Positions 27,077-36,750 are shown, numbered from the stretch's first letter. The stretch: 64,000 bases of DNA from Acidimicrobiales bacterium (GCA_033851875.1 JAWSVN010000044.1:115-64114); one strand, 5' to 3'. Numbers and translations: made by a program. The notes: generated by a model from the sequence alone, not told the origin.

Positions 27077-30000
27077 TCAGCGCCTCGGCCGACGGCCGGC
27101 GCTGGCCACGGGCTCCGACGGCACCTCGGCGCCCTCCGGCGGCCACATCGTGGCGAGGAAGGTCACGAGGTCGGGCGCCAGGGTCTGCTTCTTCTTGAGG
27201 CCGACCTGCACCTGACCGCCCTCGCCCTCGAACTCCTGCGGCTTCCACACGCCGTGCTTGAAGAGGCGCTTGAACCGGATCTCCTGGGAGACCTTCATCT
27301 GCACAGGACCGAGCTTGGCGACCCACTCGGGGCCACCGAAGCCCGGCCCCTTGACCACGACGAGCTCCCGTACGCCGAGGCGGGCGCACTCGGCCCGCAG
27401 ACGCGCCACCTCGAGGAGGCGCTCGGCCACAGGCGGGATCGGGCCGAACCGGTCGAGCCACTCGGCCCGGATGTCGTCGACCTCCTCCTCGGTCGTCACC
27501 GCGGCGAGGCGGCGGTAGGCCTCGAGGCGGAGTGCCTCGGTCGAGACGTAGTCATCGGGCAGGTTGGCGTCGACCGGCAGATCGAGCTTGATCTCGACCG
27601 GTTCGGGGATCGGGGTGCCGTTGAGTTCGGCGACCGCCTCGGTGACCAGCTGGCAGTAGAGGTCGTAGCCCACCGCCGCGATGTGGCCCGACTGGCCCTC
27701 GCCGAGCAGGTTGCCGGCGCCGCGGATCTCCAGGTCGCGCATCGCGATCTTGAAGCCCGAGCCGAGGGCGGTCGACTCGCCGATCGTCTTGAGCCGCTCG
27801 TAGGCCTCCTCGCTCAACACGGCGTCGGGCCGGGTGAACAGGTAGGCATACGCCCGCTGCCCGGAGCGACCGACACGGCCACGGAGCTGGTGGAGCTGGC
27901 CGAGACCGAGCAGCTCGGCCCGATCGACGACCAGGGTGTTGACCGTGGGCATGTCGATGCCCGACTCGATGATCGTGGTACAGACCAACACGTCGTACTC
28001 GCCCTCCCAGAAGTCGAGCACGACCTTCTCCAGCGAGCCTTCGTCCATCTGCCCGTGCGCCGTCGCGATCCGGGCTTCGGGCACCAGCTCGCGCAGCTGG
28101 TTGGCGACCTTCTCGATCGACCGCACCCGGTTGTGGACGTAGAACACCTGGCCGTCGCGCAACAGCTCACGGCGGATCGCCTCGGCAACCGCTCGATCGT
28201 CGTACTCGCCGACGTAGGTCAGGATCGGCTGACGGTCGGCGGGCGGGGTCTGCAGCTGGGACAGGTCCCGGATGCCGGTCAGGCTCATCTCGAGGGTGCG
28301 CGGGATCGGCGTGGCCGACAGGGTGAGCACGTCGACCTGGGCCTTGAACTGCTTGATCGCTTCCTTGTGGGTCACCCCGAAGCGCTGCTCCTCGTCGACG
28401 ACGAGCAGACCCAGCTTGGGGAACTGCACGTCGTCGCTCAGCATCCGGTGGGTGCCGATGAGCACGTCGACCTCGCCGGCCGCGGTGGCGGTCACCACCT
28501 GGCGAGCCTGGGCGGCGGTGAGGAAGCGGCTGAGCACCTCGACCCGTACCGGGTAGGGGGCATAACGTTCGGCGAACGTCTGGTAGTGCTGCTGGGCCAG
28601 CAAGGTCGTCGGAACGAGGACCGCCACCTGGTGGCCACTCTGCACCGCCTTGAATGCCGCCTGCACCGCGATCTCGGTCTTTCCGAAGCCGACGTCGCCG
28701 ACCACCAGCCGGTCCATCGGGGTCGGCCGTTCCATGTCGTGGAGCGACGACTCGATGGCCGAGGCCTGGTCGGGCGTGAGCTCGTAGGGGAACGAGTTGG
28801 CGAGTTCGGCCTGCCACGGGGTGTCGTCGCCGTGGGCGATGCCCTCGGTGGTGAGCCGCTGCTGGTACAGCACGACGAGCTCCTGGGCGATCTCGGCCAC
28901 CGCCGAGCGGACCTTGGCCTTCGACTTGGCGAAGTCGGAGCCGCCGAGCTTGTGGAGGCTGGGCTGGTCGCCGCCGGTGTAGTGCCGGATCAGATCGATC
29001 TGGTCGGACGGGACGTAGAGCTTGTCGTCGCCCCGGTACTCGAGCATGAGGTAGTCGCGCTCGTGACCGCCGATCGCTCGCTTGACCATGCCGCTGAAGC
29101 GGCCGACGCCATGCTGGTGATGGACGACGAAGTCGCCCGGCGACAGGTCGTCGAAGAACCCCTCGCTCTGTCGCTTGCGAGGCTTGGCCTTGCGGTGGGC
29201 CCGTCGCCGGCCGGTGAGCTCGGCCTCGGTCACGACGGCCAGGCCGACACTCGGGAGCGAGAACCCACGCTGGACGTGGGCGACGACGAGATGGACACCG
29301 GGGGTGAACACGTCGGGAACCGTGGTGCCGTGATCGGTCGGATGGATGCCCCAACCGGCCAGGAGTTCGAGCACCCGCCCCGCCGAGCCTTCGCCGTCGG
29401 CGCAGACGATCACCCGAGCACCCGAATCGCGCACGTGCTGGAGTCGGTCGGCCAGCTCCTCGCCCGGGGCATCCCAGCCACCGGCGTCGAGCACGGCGAC
29501 GTCAGGGCTCTCGGGGATCGCCGTCATCGACACCACGGGCGCGGCGGTGTGGGCGAGGAGGCGCTCGAAGTCGAGGTGGAGACGGGGAAAGCCGTCAGCG
29601 CCCTCGTCCTGGGCCTCATCGAGGGCGCCCCACGTCTTGGCCAACGAGGTGGCGAGGTCGGCCTCCTCGGCCAACAGGTCGGCGCCGCGATCGCGCAGCC
29701 GCTTCGGCTCGACGAGCACGACCTGGGCATCGGCGTCGAGCAGGTCCGGAAGGAGCTCCTCCGACGAGGTGAGCCACGGCAGCCACGACTCCATGCCGTC
29801 GAACTGTTCACCCCGAGCGAGCCGCTCCCAGTGCTCGCGGCCCCACGGCGCCGACGCGACGAGCCGTTCGGCCTGCTCGGTCACCTCGGGGGTCGGGAGC
29901 AGCTCCCGACAGGGGAAGATCTCGACCTCGGCGATGTCGACGGTCGAGCGCTGATCGTTGATGTTGAACAGCGTCAACCGATCGACCTCGTCGCCCCACA

Positions 30001-30580
30001 GGTCGATCCGCACCGGCGCCTCGGCGGTGGACGGGAACACGTCGACGATCGAGCCGCGAACCGCCACCTCGCCGCGGTGCTCGACCTGGGGTTCGCGCCG
30101 GTAGCCGGCGGCGACCAAGTCGGCGACGAGGGCCTGGGGGTCGAGCTGGTCCTCGACGCCGACGACGATCGGTTCGACCTCGGCGGCATGGGGACTGAGT
30201 CGCTGCACGAGAGCCCGCGCCGGGGCCACCACCACGGCCGGCACCCGGCCGGGCTGCCGCAGCCGCCACATCGTCTGGAGCCGCCGGCCCATCGTCTCGA
30301 TCGAGGGCGACACCCGCTCGAAGGGCAGCGTCTCCCATGCCGGGAACGACACGACCTCGTCGTCGCCGAGGTAGCGGCGGAGGTCGTCGACCAACCGGTC
30401 GGCGTCGCCGGTGGTCGGGGCCGCCACCAGGAGGGGTCGACGACCGGTCCCCTCGGCGAGGGCGGCGACGGCGATCGCTCGGGCCGGCTCGGCCACGGCG
30501 AGGGCCGAGACGGCCCGGCCGATCACCCGCTCGAGGGCGGGGTCGTCGACGACGAGGGATGGGAGGCGGCGAAAGCTCAC
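27077..30580 (-). CDS. mfd: transcription-repair coupling factor
   Basis: 1167 aa with a UvrB-homology N-terminus, a CarD-like domain ('GDFVVHHQHGVGRF'), superfamily-2 helicase motifs ('GDVGFGKTE', 'DEEQRFG') and a TRG motif. Confidence 0.97.
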   Translation of the reverse strand: MSFRRLPSLVVDDPALERVIGRAVSALAVAEPARAIAVAALAEGTGRRPLLVAAPTTGDADRLVDDLRRYLGDDEVVSFPAWETLPFERVSPSIETMGRRLQTMWRLRQPGRVPAVVVAPARALVQRLSPHAAEVEPIVVGVEDQLDPQALVADLVAAGYRREPQVEHRGEVAVRGSIVDVFPSTAEAPVRIDLWGDEVDRLTLFNINDQRSTVDIAEVEIFPCRELLPTPEVTEQAERLVASAPWGREHWERLARGEQFDGMESWLPWLTSSEELLPDLLDADAQVVLVEPKRLRDRGADLLAEEADLATSLAKTWGALDEAQDEGADGFPRLHLDFERLLAHTAAPVVSMTAIPESPDVAVLDAGGWDAPGEELADRLQHVRDSGARVIVCADGEGSAGRVLELLAGWGIHPTDHGTTVPDVFTPGVHLVVAHVQRGFSLPSVGLAVVTEAELTGRRRAHRKAKPRKRQSEGFFDDLSPGDFVVHHQHGVGRFSGMVKRAIGGHERDYLMLEYRGDDKLYVPSDQIDLIRHYTGGDQPSLHKLGGSDFAKSKAKVRSAVAEIAQELVVLYQQRLTTEGIAHGDDTPWQAELANSFPYELTPDQASAIESSLHDMERPTPMDRLVVGDVGFGKTEIAVQAAFKAVQSGHQVAVLVPTTLLAQQHYQTFAERYAPYPVRVEVLSRFLTAAQARQVVTATAAGEVDVLIGTHRMLSDDVQFPKLGLLVVDEEQRFGVTHKEAIKQFKAQVDVLTLSATPIPRTLEMSLTGIRDLSQLQTPPADRQPILTYVGEYDDRAVAEAIRRELLRDGQVFYVHNRVRSIEKVANQLRELVPEARIATAHGQMDEGSLEKVVLDFWEGEYDVLVCTTIIESGIDMPTVNTLVVDRAELLGLGQLHQLRGRVGRSGQRAYAYLFTRPDAVLSEEAYERLKTIGESTALGSGFKIAMRDLEIRGAGNLLGEGQSGHIAAVGYDLYCQLVTEAVAELNGTPIPEPVEIKLDLPVDANLPDDYVSTEALRLEAYRRLAAVTTEEEVDDIRAEWLDRFGPIPPVAERLLEVARLRAECARLGVRELVVVKGPGFGGPEWVAKLGPVQMKVSQEIRFKRLFKHGVWKPQEFEGEGGQVQVGLKKKQTLAPDLVTFLATMWPPEGAEVPSEPVASAGRRPRR

Positions 30581-30589
30581 CGCGTCAGG

Positions 30590-31090
30590 CTACGGAGTGG
30601 TCGTCCCCGCGCTGCGAACCCAGGCCACGGTTCGACCGAATCCAGCCGTCGCGTGGTCGAGGGTGCGGGCCGCTGTCGCTCCGAGCATCGCTCCGACCGC
30701 GTTGGCGACCACGTCGCCCCATTCGGCCTGGCGGGTGGCACTGAACAGGACCTGGGCGACCTCGACCCCGGTCGACACCACGACGGCCGCTCCGACGATG
30801 GCAAGGAGGGAGCGTCGCCGCCCGACGACGAGCGTCGCCAGGGCGGTGATGACGGCCCACAGGGCCAGGTGGCCTGCGGTCTCCCACGCCAGGGGGATGT
30901 CGGACCGGTGGAGCAGGTCGACGCCGGCCCGCCCCTCGACCCGATGGTAGAACTGACGTGAACTCCCGAGCCCGCCCTGCACGAGCGACGGCGCCCGGTC
31001 CGACAGCGACAACGCGGCCGCAGCGGTCGACACCGTGACGAGGCACGCGAACAATCGAGGGCGAGCGACGGCGGGGGCCATCCCCGACAC
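30590..31090 (-). CDS. VanZ-like family membrane protein
   Basis: Four hydrophobic segments and a C-terminal 'RQAEWGDVVANAVGAMLG' resembling the VanZ R..x..D..N..G motif. Confidence 0.55.
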   Translation of the reverse strand: MSGMAPAVARPRLFACLVTVSTAAAALSLSDRAPSLVQGGLGSSRQFYHRVEGRAGVDLLHRSDIPLAWETAGHLALWAVITALATLVVGRRRSLLAIVGAAVVVSTGVEVAQVLFSATRQAEWGDVVANAVGAMLGATAARTLDHATAGFGRTVAWVRSAGTTTP

Positions 31091-31124
31091 GGTAGTGGGC
31101 TCCGATCGACCGGACGGGTCGGGG

Positions 31125-31778
31125 TCAGCCCGGGCGGCGGTTGACCTGATTCATCGCCACGTCGATGCCCTCGGCCATGAACAGCTCGACGGCGTCGGCC
31201 GCCGCCTCGAGCGCTTGGGCGAGGGACTGGGCCTCGGCCTTGCCCGGTCGACGCAGCACGAAGTCGCGACCCGCCTGCGAGGGGGGCGGCTTGCCCACAC
31301 CGATGCGGAGCCTCACGAAGTCGGTGGTCCCCACGTGCTGCACGATCGACCGCAGGCCGTTGTGGCCTGCGAGCCCGCCGCCCTGCTTGACCTTGAGCCG
31401 CCCCACGTCGAGGTCGAGCTCGTCGTGGACGACCACGAGCTGATCGGCCTCCTCGATCCCGTAGCGGCGGGCGAGGAGCCGGACCGACTCGCCGGAGTTG
31501 TTCATGAAGGTCTGCGGGAATGCCAGCGCGACCCGGGCCTCACCGATGTGGACCTCGGCAGACAGTGCCCGCTCCTTCGATTTCGACAGCCCCGAGCCAT
31601 GTCGCCGCGCGAGCAGCTCGACGGCGTCGGCACCCACGTTGTGTCGGGTGTTGACGAAGTTGTCGCCCGGGTTCCCCAAGCCGACGACCAAGAAGTCTGC
31701 GGGGGTTCCCCGCCGACTCTTGTCGTTCGAGCTTCGACGCAGACGCGACATGGGCAGGTCCGGTGCCCGCTCAGCCAT
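31125..31778 (-). CDS. pth: peptidyl-tRNA hydrolase (alternative ATG at 31751)
   Basis: 'LVVGLGNPG..F..TRHNVG', 'NNSG' and 'VHDELDL..G..K.K.GG..GHNGL' motifs. Confidence 0.92.
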   Translation of the reverse strand: MAERAPDLPMSRLRRSSNDKSRRGTPADFLVVGLGNPGDNFVNTRHNVGADAVELLARRHGSGLSKSKERALSAEVHIGEARVALAFPQTFMNNSGESVRLLARRYGIEEADQLVVVHDELDLDVGRLKVKQGGGLAGHNGLRSIVQHVGTTDFVRLRIGVGKPPPSQAGRDFVLRRPGKAEAQSLAQALEAAADAVELFMAEGIDVAMNQVNRRPG

Positions 31779-31802
31779 CGGCGGCCGTGAGCGGGACGAG
31801 GA

Positions 31803-32438
31803 TCAGTCCTCGGAGGCCTCGGCGTCGGCCTCTGCAGCGGTCTCGCCCTCTTCGCCGCCCTCTTCTTCCTCGTCGGTGCGGGCGCCACGTGGGATGACGG
31901 TGGCGGCGATGGTGATGCGGCCGGGGATCTTCGACACGACCCCGTCGGGCAGCGCGACATCGCCGACGGCGAGGCGGTCGTCGAGCGTCATCGGGGAGAT
32001 GTCGACGGAGACCTCGTTCGGGATGCTGTGGGGCGAGCAACGCACCTTCAGCTGGTGGAGCTTCTGCTCGATGATGCCACCGGCGTCGGCGACGGCGCTC
32101 GACTTGCCGGTGAGCACGACGGGCACCGTGACGGTGATCTTCGAGCGCTCGTCGACCCGGAGGAAATCGGCGTGGGTGACGGTGCGCTTGATCGGGTCTC
32201 GCTGGACGTCACGGACGATCACCTCGGTCTGAGTGCCTTCGAGGTCGAGCATGAACACGGTGTTCATGCCGGCCTCGCCCTTGAGGGCGTCACGCAGTTC
32301 GGTGTAGGTGACGTTCACCGAGATCGGGTCCTGGCCGAGGCCGTAGACGACACCGGGGAGCTCGCCCTCGGCGCGCAGGCGGCGGGCGGGACCCGAGCCA
32401 GTGGCTCGGCCGGTCTTGGCGGTGACGACGGTCGACAT
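31803..32438 (-). CDS. rplY: 50S ribosomal protein L25/Ctc with an acidic tail
   Basis: Internal ATG 32438. 'RRLRAEGELPGVVYG' and 'VQRDPIKRTVTHADF' motifs. Confidence 0.9.
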   Translation of the reverse strand: MSTVVTAKTGRATGSGPARRLRAEGELPGVVYGLGQDPISVNVTYTELRDALKGEAGMNTVFMLDLEGTQTEVIVRDVQRDPIKRTVTHADFLRVDERSKITVTVPVVLTGKSSAVADAGGIIEQKLHQLKVRCSPHSIPNEVSVDISPMTLDDRLAVGDVALPDGVVSKIPGRITIAATVIPRGARTDEEEEGGEEGETAAEADAEASED

Positions 32439-32588
32439 GGGGATTCCTCGATTGAACGACAGGCCCGATGCCCCCTGGGCACGCGGGTGGCCCCGGCGGG
32501 GGCGTGCAACGGCCTGACAGCCTACCCGGGGTCGGTCCCCGATCGACACCCCCGGCCCCGACGGGCTCGATGGCGGGCCGCCGAAGGG

Positions 32589-33572
32589 TCAGTTCTGGTT
32601 CTGGCCGTCGAAGATCCGGCTGACCGAGGTGTCCTCGAACACCGCCCGCACGGCGTCGGCGATCAGGGGTGCCACCGAGAGGACGGTCAGCTTGTCGAAC
32701 TGCTTCTCGGCCGGCACGGGCAGGGTGTCGGTGATCACGACCTCGTCGAGCACCGAGTTCTTCAGCCGGTCGATGGCCGGCCCGCTGAAGACACCGTGGG
32801 TGGCGGCGGCCAACACCGAGGTGGCGCCTCGCTCCACCAGGAGCTCGGCGGCCTGGCAGATCGTGCCGGCGGTGTCGATCATGTCGTCGATCAGCACACA
32901 GGCCCGCCCCTCGACCTCGCCGACGATGTCCTTCGCCTCGACCGCGTTCTTCACGCCCTTCAGCCGGCGCTTGTGAACGATCGCGAGATCGGCGTGGAGC
33001 TGCTGGGCGTAGCGCTCGGCGACCTTCACCCGACCGGCGTCGGGCGAGACGACGACGAGGTCGTTGCCGTAGGAACGCAGGTGATCGACCAGCACCGGCA
33101 TCGCCGTGAGGTGATCGACCGGGCCGTTGAAGAAGCCCTGGATCTGCCCGGAGTGCAGGTCGACCGACACCAGCCGGGCGGCGCCGGCGGCCTGGAACAT
33201 GTCGGCGACGAGGCGAGCGGTGATCGGCTCACGACCCTCGCTCTTGCGGTCCTGGCGGGCGTAGCCATAAAAGGGCAGCAGCGCCGTGATCCGCTTGGCC
33301 GAGGCCCGTCGAGCGGCGTCGACCATGATGAGGTGCTCCATGATCGAGTCGTTCAGCGATCGCCCCTCGAGCGAACCGTGGCTCTGCAGAATGAACACAT
33401 CGCTGCCTCGCACCGATTCGGCGAATCGGCAGTGCGTCTCGCCGTTGGCGAACTGGCTCAGGTGGGCCTCGGTGACCTCGATCCCCAAGCAACGCCCCAC
33501 CGCCTCGGCGAGTTCCTGGTTGTGACGACCCGCGAACAGGTTGAGGGTCTTGGTGCTGGGCGCTTCCATCAT
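32589..33572 (-). CDS. prs: ribose-phosphate pyrophosphokinase
   Basis: 'LPFYGYARQDRK' and 'VLIDDMIDTAGT' are the PRPP-binding motifs. Confidence 0.96.
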   Translation of the reverse strand: MMEAPSTKTLNLFAGRHNQELAEAVGRCLGIEVTEAHLSQFANGETHCRFAESVRGSDVFILQSHGSLEGRSLNDSIMEHLIMVDAARRASAKRITALLPFYGYARQDRKSEGREPITARLVADMFQAAGAARLVSVDLHSGQIQGFFNGPVDHLTAMPVLVDHLRSYGNDLVVVSPDAGRVKVAERYAQQLHADLAIVHKRRLKGVKNAVEAKDIVGEVEGRACVLIDDMIDTAGTICQAAELLVERGATSVLAAATHGVFSGPAIDRLKNSVLDEVVITDTLPVPAEKQFDKLTVLSVAPLIADAVRAVFEDTSVSRIFDGQNQN

Positions 33573-33610
33573 CGGAGGCTCCTCCGCTGCAGCTCGGTCC
33601 GGGTGCCCGA

Positions 33611-34732
33611 TCAGTCACCCGCCCCCGCAGCATAGAAGGGTCCGGTGATCGTGCCGTCCCCGAGCTCCGCTCCCGGTTCCACCGCCGCGAAGGGGCCGAC
33701 TCGGCAGTCGTCGCCGATCGCGGCGAGCCGGGCCATCGTCTTCTCGACCACCGAGTTGGCCCCGACCGTGCACCGGTCGAGGCGGGTGTCGGGGCCGATC
33801 TCGCAGCCGTCGGCCACCACGGTGCGGCCCTGGAGGATCGTGCCGGGGAACAGGGTGACGTCGGTGCCGAGCACGACGGTCGAGTCGATGTAGGTGTGGG
33901 ATGGATCGACCATCGTCACCCCGTGCTCGAGCCATCGTCGGTTGATCCGACGTCGAAGTTCGGCCTCGGCGTCGGCCAACAGCACCCGGTCATCGATCGC
34001 GCCGGTCTCACCGGCTTCGGTAACGACCGACGCGGCCTCGACCGGGTGGCCGCTCGCGGCCAACACGCCGGGGACGTCGACCATGCGCTGCCGACCATCG
34101 ACGAGGTCGGGCAGCACCCGTCTGGCGGCCGGCGCGAGCAGCGACCGCCGCACGCAGTAGACACCCAGCGACACCTCGTCGCTCTCCCCCTCGTCGCCGA
34201 TCAGGTCGATGTGACGTACCAGAGCGCGCACCCGGCCGTGGCGGTCCCGCTGGACGCGGGCACGGGTGTCCTCGGCATCGAGGGCCGGGCCGGTGAGCAC
34301 GGTGCAGGCCGAGCCGCTCGATCGGTGGGCGGCCACGAACCGCTCCAGGGTGCCGGAGCGGAGCAGGGGCAGGTCGGCCGGCAAGACCAGGACATCTCCG
34401 GCGTCGTCGAGCTCGTCGAACTCGGTCAGGGCGAGCTGGGCCGCGTCGGCCGAGCCCTTCTCCATCCGCTGCTCGACCCACGAGAGTCGGACGCTGGGTG
34501 GATCCTCCATGATCCGTTTGGCGATGCGTTCACCGGCCGCACCGGTGACCACGCTCACGTCGCCGACGCCGGCGCCCGAGAGGGCGTCGAGCACGTAGCG
34601 CAGCATGGGGCGCCCACACAGGACGTGCAGCGGCTTGGGGCGGGCCGAGTGCATCGGCGCCCCCGAGCTGGTGGCGATCACGATCGCCTGGAGCGGCTGG
34701 CCGGATCCGGATCCCATCACCGTCGTCATCAC
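33611..34732 (-). CDS. GlmU-like protein, C-terminally truncated and motif-degenerate
   Basis: Sits at the syntenic glmU position (tRNA-Gln / glmU / prs). It aligns by eye to GlmU through the first left-handed beta-helix turns ('GPDTRLDRCTVGANSVV...GPFAAVEPGAELG'). It ends about 100 aa early. The N-terminal 'LAAGxGTRM' motif reads 'IATSSGAPM'. Confidence 0.7.
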   Translation of the reverse strand: MMTTVMGSGSGQPLQAIVIATSSGAPMHSARPKPLHVLCGRPMLRYVLDALSGAGVGDVSVVTGAAGERIAKRIMEDPPSVRLSWVEQRMEKGSADAAQLALTEFDELDDAGDVLVLPADLPLLRSGTLERFVAAHRSSGSACTVLTGPALDAEDTRARVQRDRHGRVRALVRHIDLIGDEGESDEVSLGVYCVRRSLLAPAARRVLPDLVDGRQRMVDVPGVLAASGHPVEAASVVTEAGETGAIDDRVLLADAEAELRRRINRRWLEHGVTMVDPSHTYIDSTVVLGTDVTLFPGTILQGRTVVADGCEIGPDTRLDRCTVGANSVVEKTMARLAAIGDDCRVGPFAAVEPGAELGDGTITGPFYAAGAGD

Positions 34733-34781
34733 AACGGTTTAGCGCACCCTTGGGCCCGCATCGCGCCACCGCGGTGTCGGT

Positions 34782-34857
34782 TGGCTCCCGGGGCAGGGCT
34801 CGAACCTGCGACGACTGGATTCAAAGTCCAGTGTTCTACCAGCTGAACTACCCGGGA
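34782..34857 (-). tRNA. tRNA-Gln (anticodon UUG), CCA encoded
   Basis: Manual cloverleaf: acceptor TCCCGGG/CCCGGGA (U1:A72), D stem GTTC/GAAC, anticodon stem CTGGA/TCCAG with loop CTTTGAA, T stem GCAGG/CCTGC with loop TTCGAGC, discriminator G, CCA. Total 76 nt. Confidence 0.93.
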
Positions 34858-34958
34858 TCGTGCAGCGCACCCTAGCTGGCACAGCACGGATCCCGGAGCG
34901 GAATTGCCCGCGCTGCGAGGTTGCGGCCGACGAGGGCGGCGATAGCGTCTGAGGCCCT

Positions 34959-35057
34959 ATGGGTTCGTTGATCAAGAAGCGTCGCAAGCGGATGCGGAAG
35001 AAGAAGCACCGCAAGTTGCTGAAGCGCACTCGCGTCCAGCGTCGCAACAAGAAGTAA
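34959..35057 (+). CDS. 30S ribosomal protein bS22 (32 aa)
   Basis: Not in the ORF track (below its size cutoff). It translates to MGSLIKKRRKRMRKKKHRKLLKRTRVQRRNKK, very close to the actinobacterial bS22 sequence as I recall it. Confidence 0.85.
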   Translation: MGSLIKKRRKRMRKKKHRKLLKRTRVQRRNKK

Positions 35058-35066
35058 GTATCGGGC

Positions 35067-35119
35067 AGCGCCGTCACGGCGCTCGACAGGTCACGACCAC
35101 CCCCGTGCGGGGTGGTCGT
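35067..35119. terminator. two GC-rich hairpins between convergent bS22 and ispE
   Basis: Hairpin 1 is AGCGCCG-TCA-CGGCGCT (35067-35083). Hairpin 2 has a perfect 11-bp stem, ACGACCACCCC-CGTGC-GGGGTGGTCGT (35093-35119), followed by only TT. Confidence 0.55.
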
Positions 35120-35156
35120 TGCGCGCTCGGTCGCCCTCGCCGGGCGACAGACCAGC

Positions 35157-35894
35157 TCAGGCGAGGTGGGGACGCCACCCGACCGGCGTGGACCGCACCA
35201 CCAGCCGGCGCGGTCCGGGATGCTCACCGTCGACGAACCAGGTGGCCCCGCTCCCGGCCATCGTCGGACGTTGCCCGGTCGAGGCGGCGAATTCGTCGCG
35301 CCACTGCGCCAGCTCGGGCACGACGGCCAGCGCCGCAGCTTCGAGGTCGTTGGGACTCTCGTCGTTGACCGGTCCGCCGAGGTCGTCCCAGGCCCGGAAC
35401 ACCGCAGGCGTCGGGCACGACAGCGGCGGCACGAGCAGGGTGAGGGTGCGGTCGACGTGGGGCATCGGGTCGAGCACCTCGCCGATGCCGCGCACACGGG
35501 CTCGCCCCCCGTCGATGCAGAACGGCACGTCGGCGCCGAGACGGCTGGCGGCCTCGAGGTCGCGGAAGCCGGCCCACCGCAGCACGGCCCCGGCGTCGGC
35601 GCTCCCGCCGCCCAGCCCGGCCTGCGACGGAATCTCCTTGTGGAGGGTGATCTCGGCCGTTCGACCCGTGAGGGCGAGGGCCTTCATCACCAGGTTGTCG
35701 GCGTCAGCCGGCACGTCGGGGCCTCCACCGACAAGCCGGAGGCCGTCGCCGGCCGGGTCGATGGCGAGGCGGTCGCAGAGGTCGAGGGTGACCATCTCGG
35801 CGTCGATCAGGTGGTAGCCGTCGTCGCGCACGCCCGTCACGCGGAGCGACAGTGTGAGCTTCGCCGGAGCGACGAGCTCGATCGTCTCAGTCAT
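35157..35894 (-). CDS. ispE: 4-(cytidine 5'-diphospho)-2-C-methyl-D-erythritol kinase
   Basis: Internal ATG 35894. 'APAKLTLSL' and the GHMP motif 'IPSQAGLGGGSADAGAVL'. Overlaps the rsmA stop by 8 nt. Confidence 0.9.
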   Translation of the reverse strand: MTETIELVAPAKLTLSLRVTGVRDDGYHLIDAEMVTLDLCDRLAIDPAGDGLRLVGGGPDVPADADNLVMKALALTGRTAEITLHKEIPSQAGLGGGSADAGAVLRWAGFRDLEAASRLGADVPFCIDGGRARVRGIGEVLDPMPHVDRTLTLLVPPLSCPTPAVFRAWDDLGGPVNDESPNDLEAAALAVVPELAQWRDEFAASTGQRPTMAGSGATWFVDGEHPGPRRLVVRSTPVGWRPHLA

Positions 35895-36750
35895 GATCAC
35901 GTTCCTCGCCCGCCGTCGCTGTCGGTGGCTTGCTCGACCGGTCGGCGAGCGCCCGGGCCAGCGCTCCCCAGGCCTCGAGGTCGAGCTGCTCGGCTCGTTC
36001 GGTCGGCGGAACCCCGGCGGCCTCGATCTCGTCGGCACCGAGGTGGCCGGCGAGGCTGCGACGCAGCATCTTCCGCCGCTGCCCGAAGCCGGCCCGCACC
36101 AGCGCCGAGAACTCGGGGAACGGGGCAGCGACCCGAGGGTGCTCGCTTCGGTCGATACGGACCAGCACCGAGTCGACCCGCGGTTGGGGCAGGAACACCT
36201 GGGGCGGCACCTTGGCCACGACCGACGCGGTGCCCCAATAGGCACGCACCATCGACGGGATCCCGGTCTGGCGTGAGCCCGGCTCGGCCGCCAACCGTTC
36301 GCCGACTTCCCGCTGCACCATCACCAGGTAGTGCTCGATACGGGGCTGGCTCGACAGCAGGTCGAGCACCAACGGAGTGGCCACGTTGTAGGGCAGGTTG
36401 GCGATGAGGCGCCACGAGTGGTCGCCGAGCAGCGCCGGCCAGTCGACGGTCGCAGCGTCGGCGTGCACGATCGACACCGCGAGCCCGTCGACCACCTCGC
36501 CGAGGGGGGCCAGGAGGTGCCGGTCCATCTCGACCGCGGTGACGTGTGCCCCGGCGGCCGCCAGCCCCACGGTGAGCGACCCGAGCCCGGGACCGATCTC
36601 CACCACGTGATCGCCGGTCTGAACGCGGGACAATCGCACGATCTTGTCGACGAGGTCGGGGTCGCACAGGAAGTTCTGGCCGAGCGCTCGGCTCGGCTCG
36701 ACGCCGTGGCGTTCGAGCAGCTCGGCGATGCGGGTGCGGGTGAGCCTCAA
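35887..36750 (-). CDS. rsmA: 16S rRNA (adenine1518/1519-N6)-dimethyltransferase
   Basis: 'LGQNFL', 'VVEIGPGLGSLT' and 'IANLPYNV' motifs. I chose the TTG at 36750, just downstream of the rpf stop. The 467-aa ORF version overlaps rpf. Confidence 0.88.
   Translation of the reverse strand: MRLTRTRIAELLERHGVEPSRALGQNFLCDPDLVDKIVRLSRVQTGDHVVEIGPGLGSLTVGLAAAGAHVTAVEMDRHLLAPLGEVVDGLAVSIVHADAATVDWPALLGDHSWRLIANLPYNVATPLVLDLLSSQPRIEHYLVMVQREVGERLAAEPGSRQTGIPSMVRAYWGTASVVAKVPPQVFLPQPRVDSVLVRIDRSEHPRVAAPFPEFSALVRAGFGQRRKMLRRSLAGHLGADEIEAAGVPPTERAEQLDLEAWGALARALADRSSKPPTATAGEERDHD

Noticed and set aside
27254-30961. 1235-aa ORF on the plus strand
   Set aside because: It lies entirely antisense to mfd, which has unmistakable homology. 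It is Arg/Gly/Asp/His-rich with no recognisable motifs, a typical high-GC shadow ORF.
34733-34958. tRNA-Gln as an integration site for a mobile element
   Set aside because: There is no integrase or recombinase nearby, and I noticed no duplicated copy of the tRNA 3' half in the window. The flanking genes are the conserved glmU-like and bS22/ispE neighbours.
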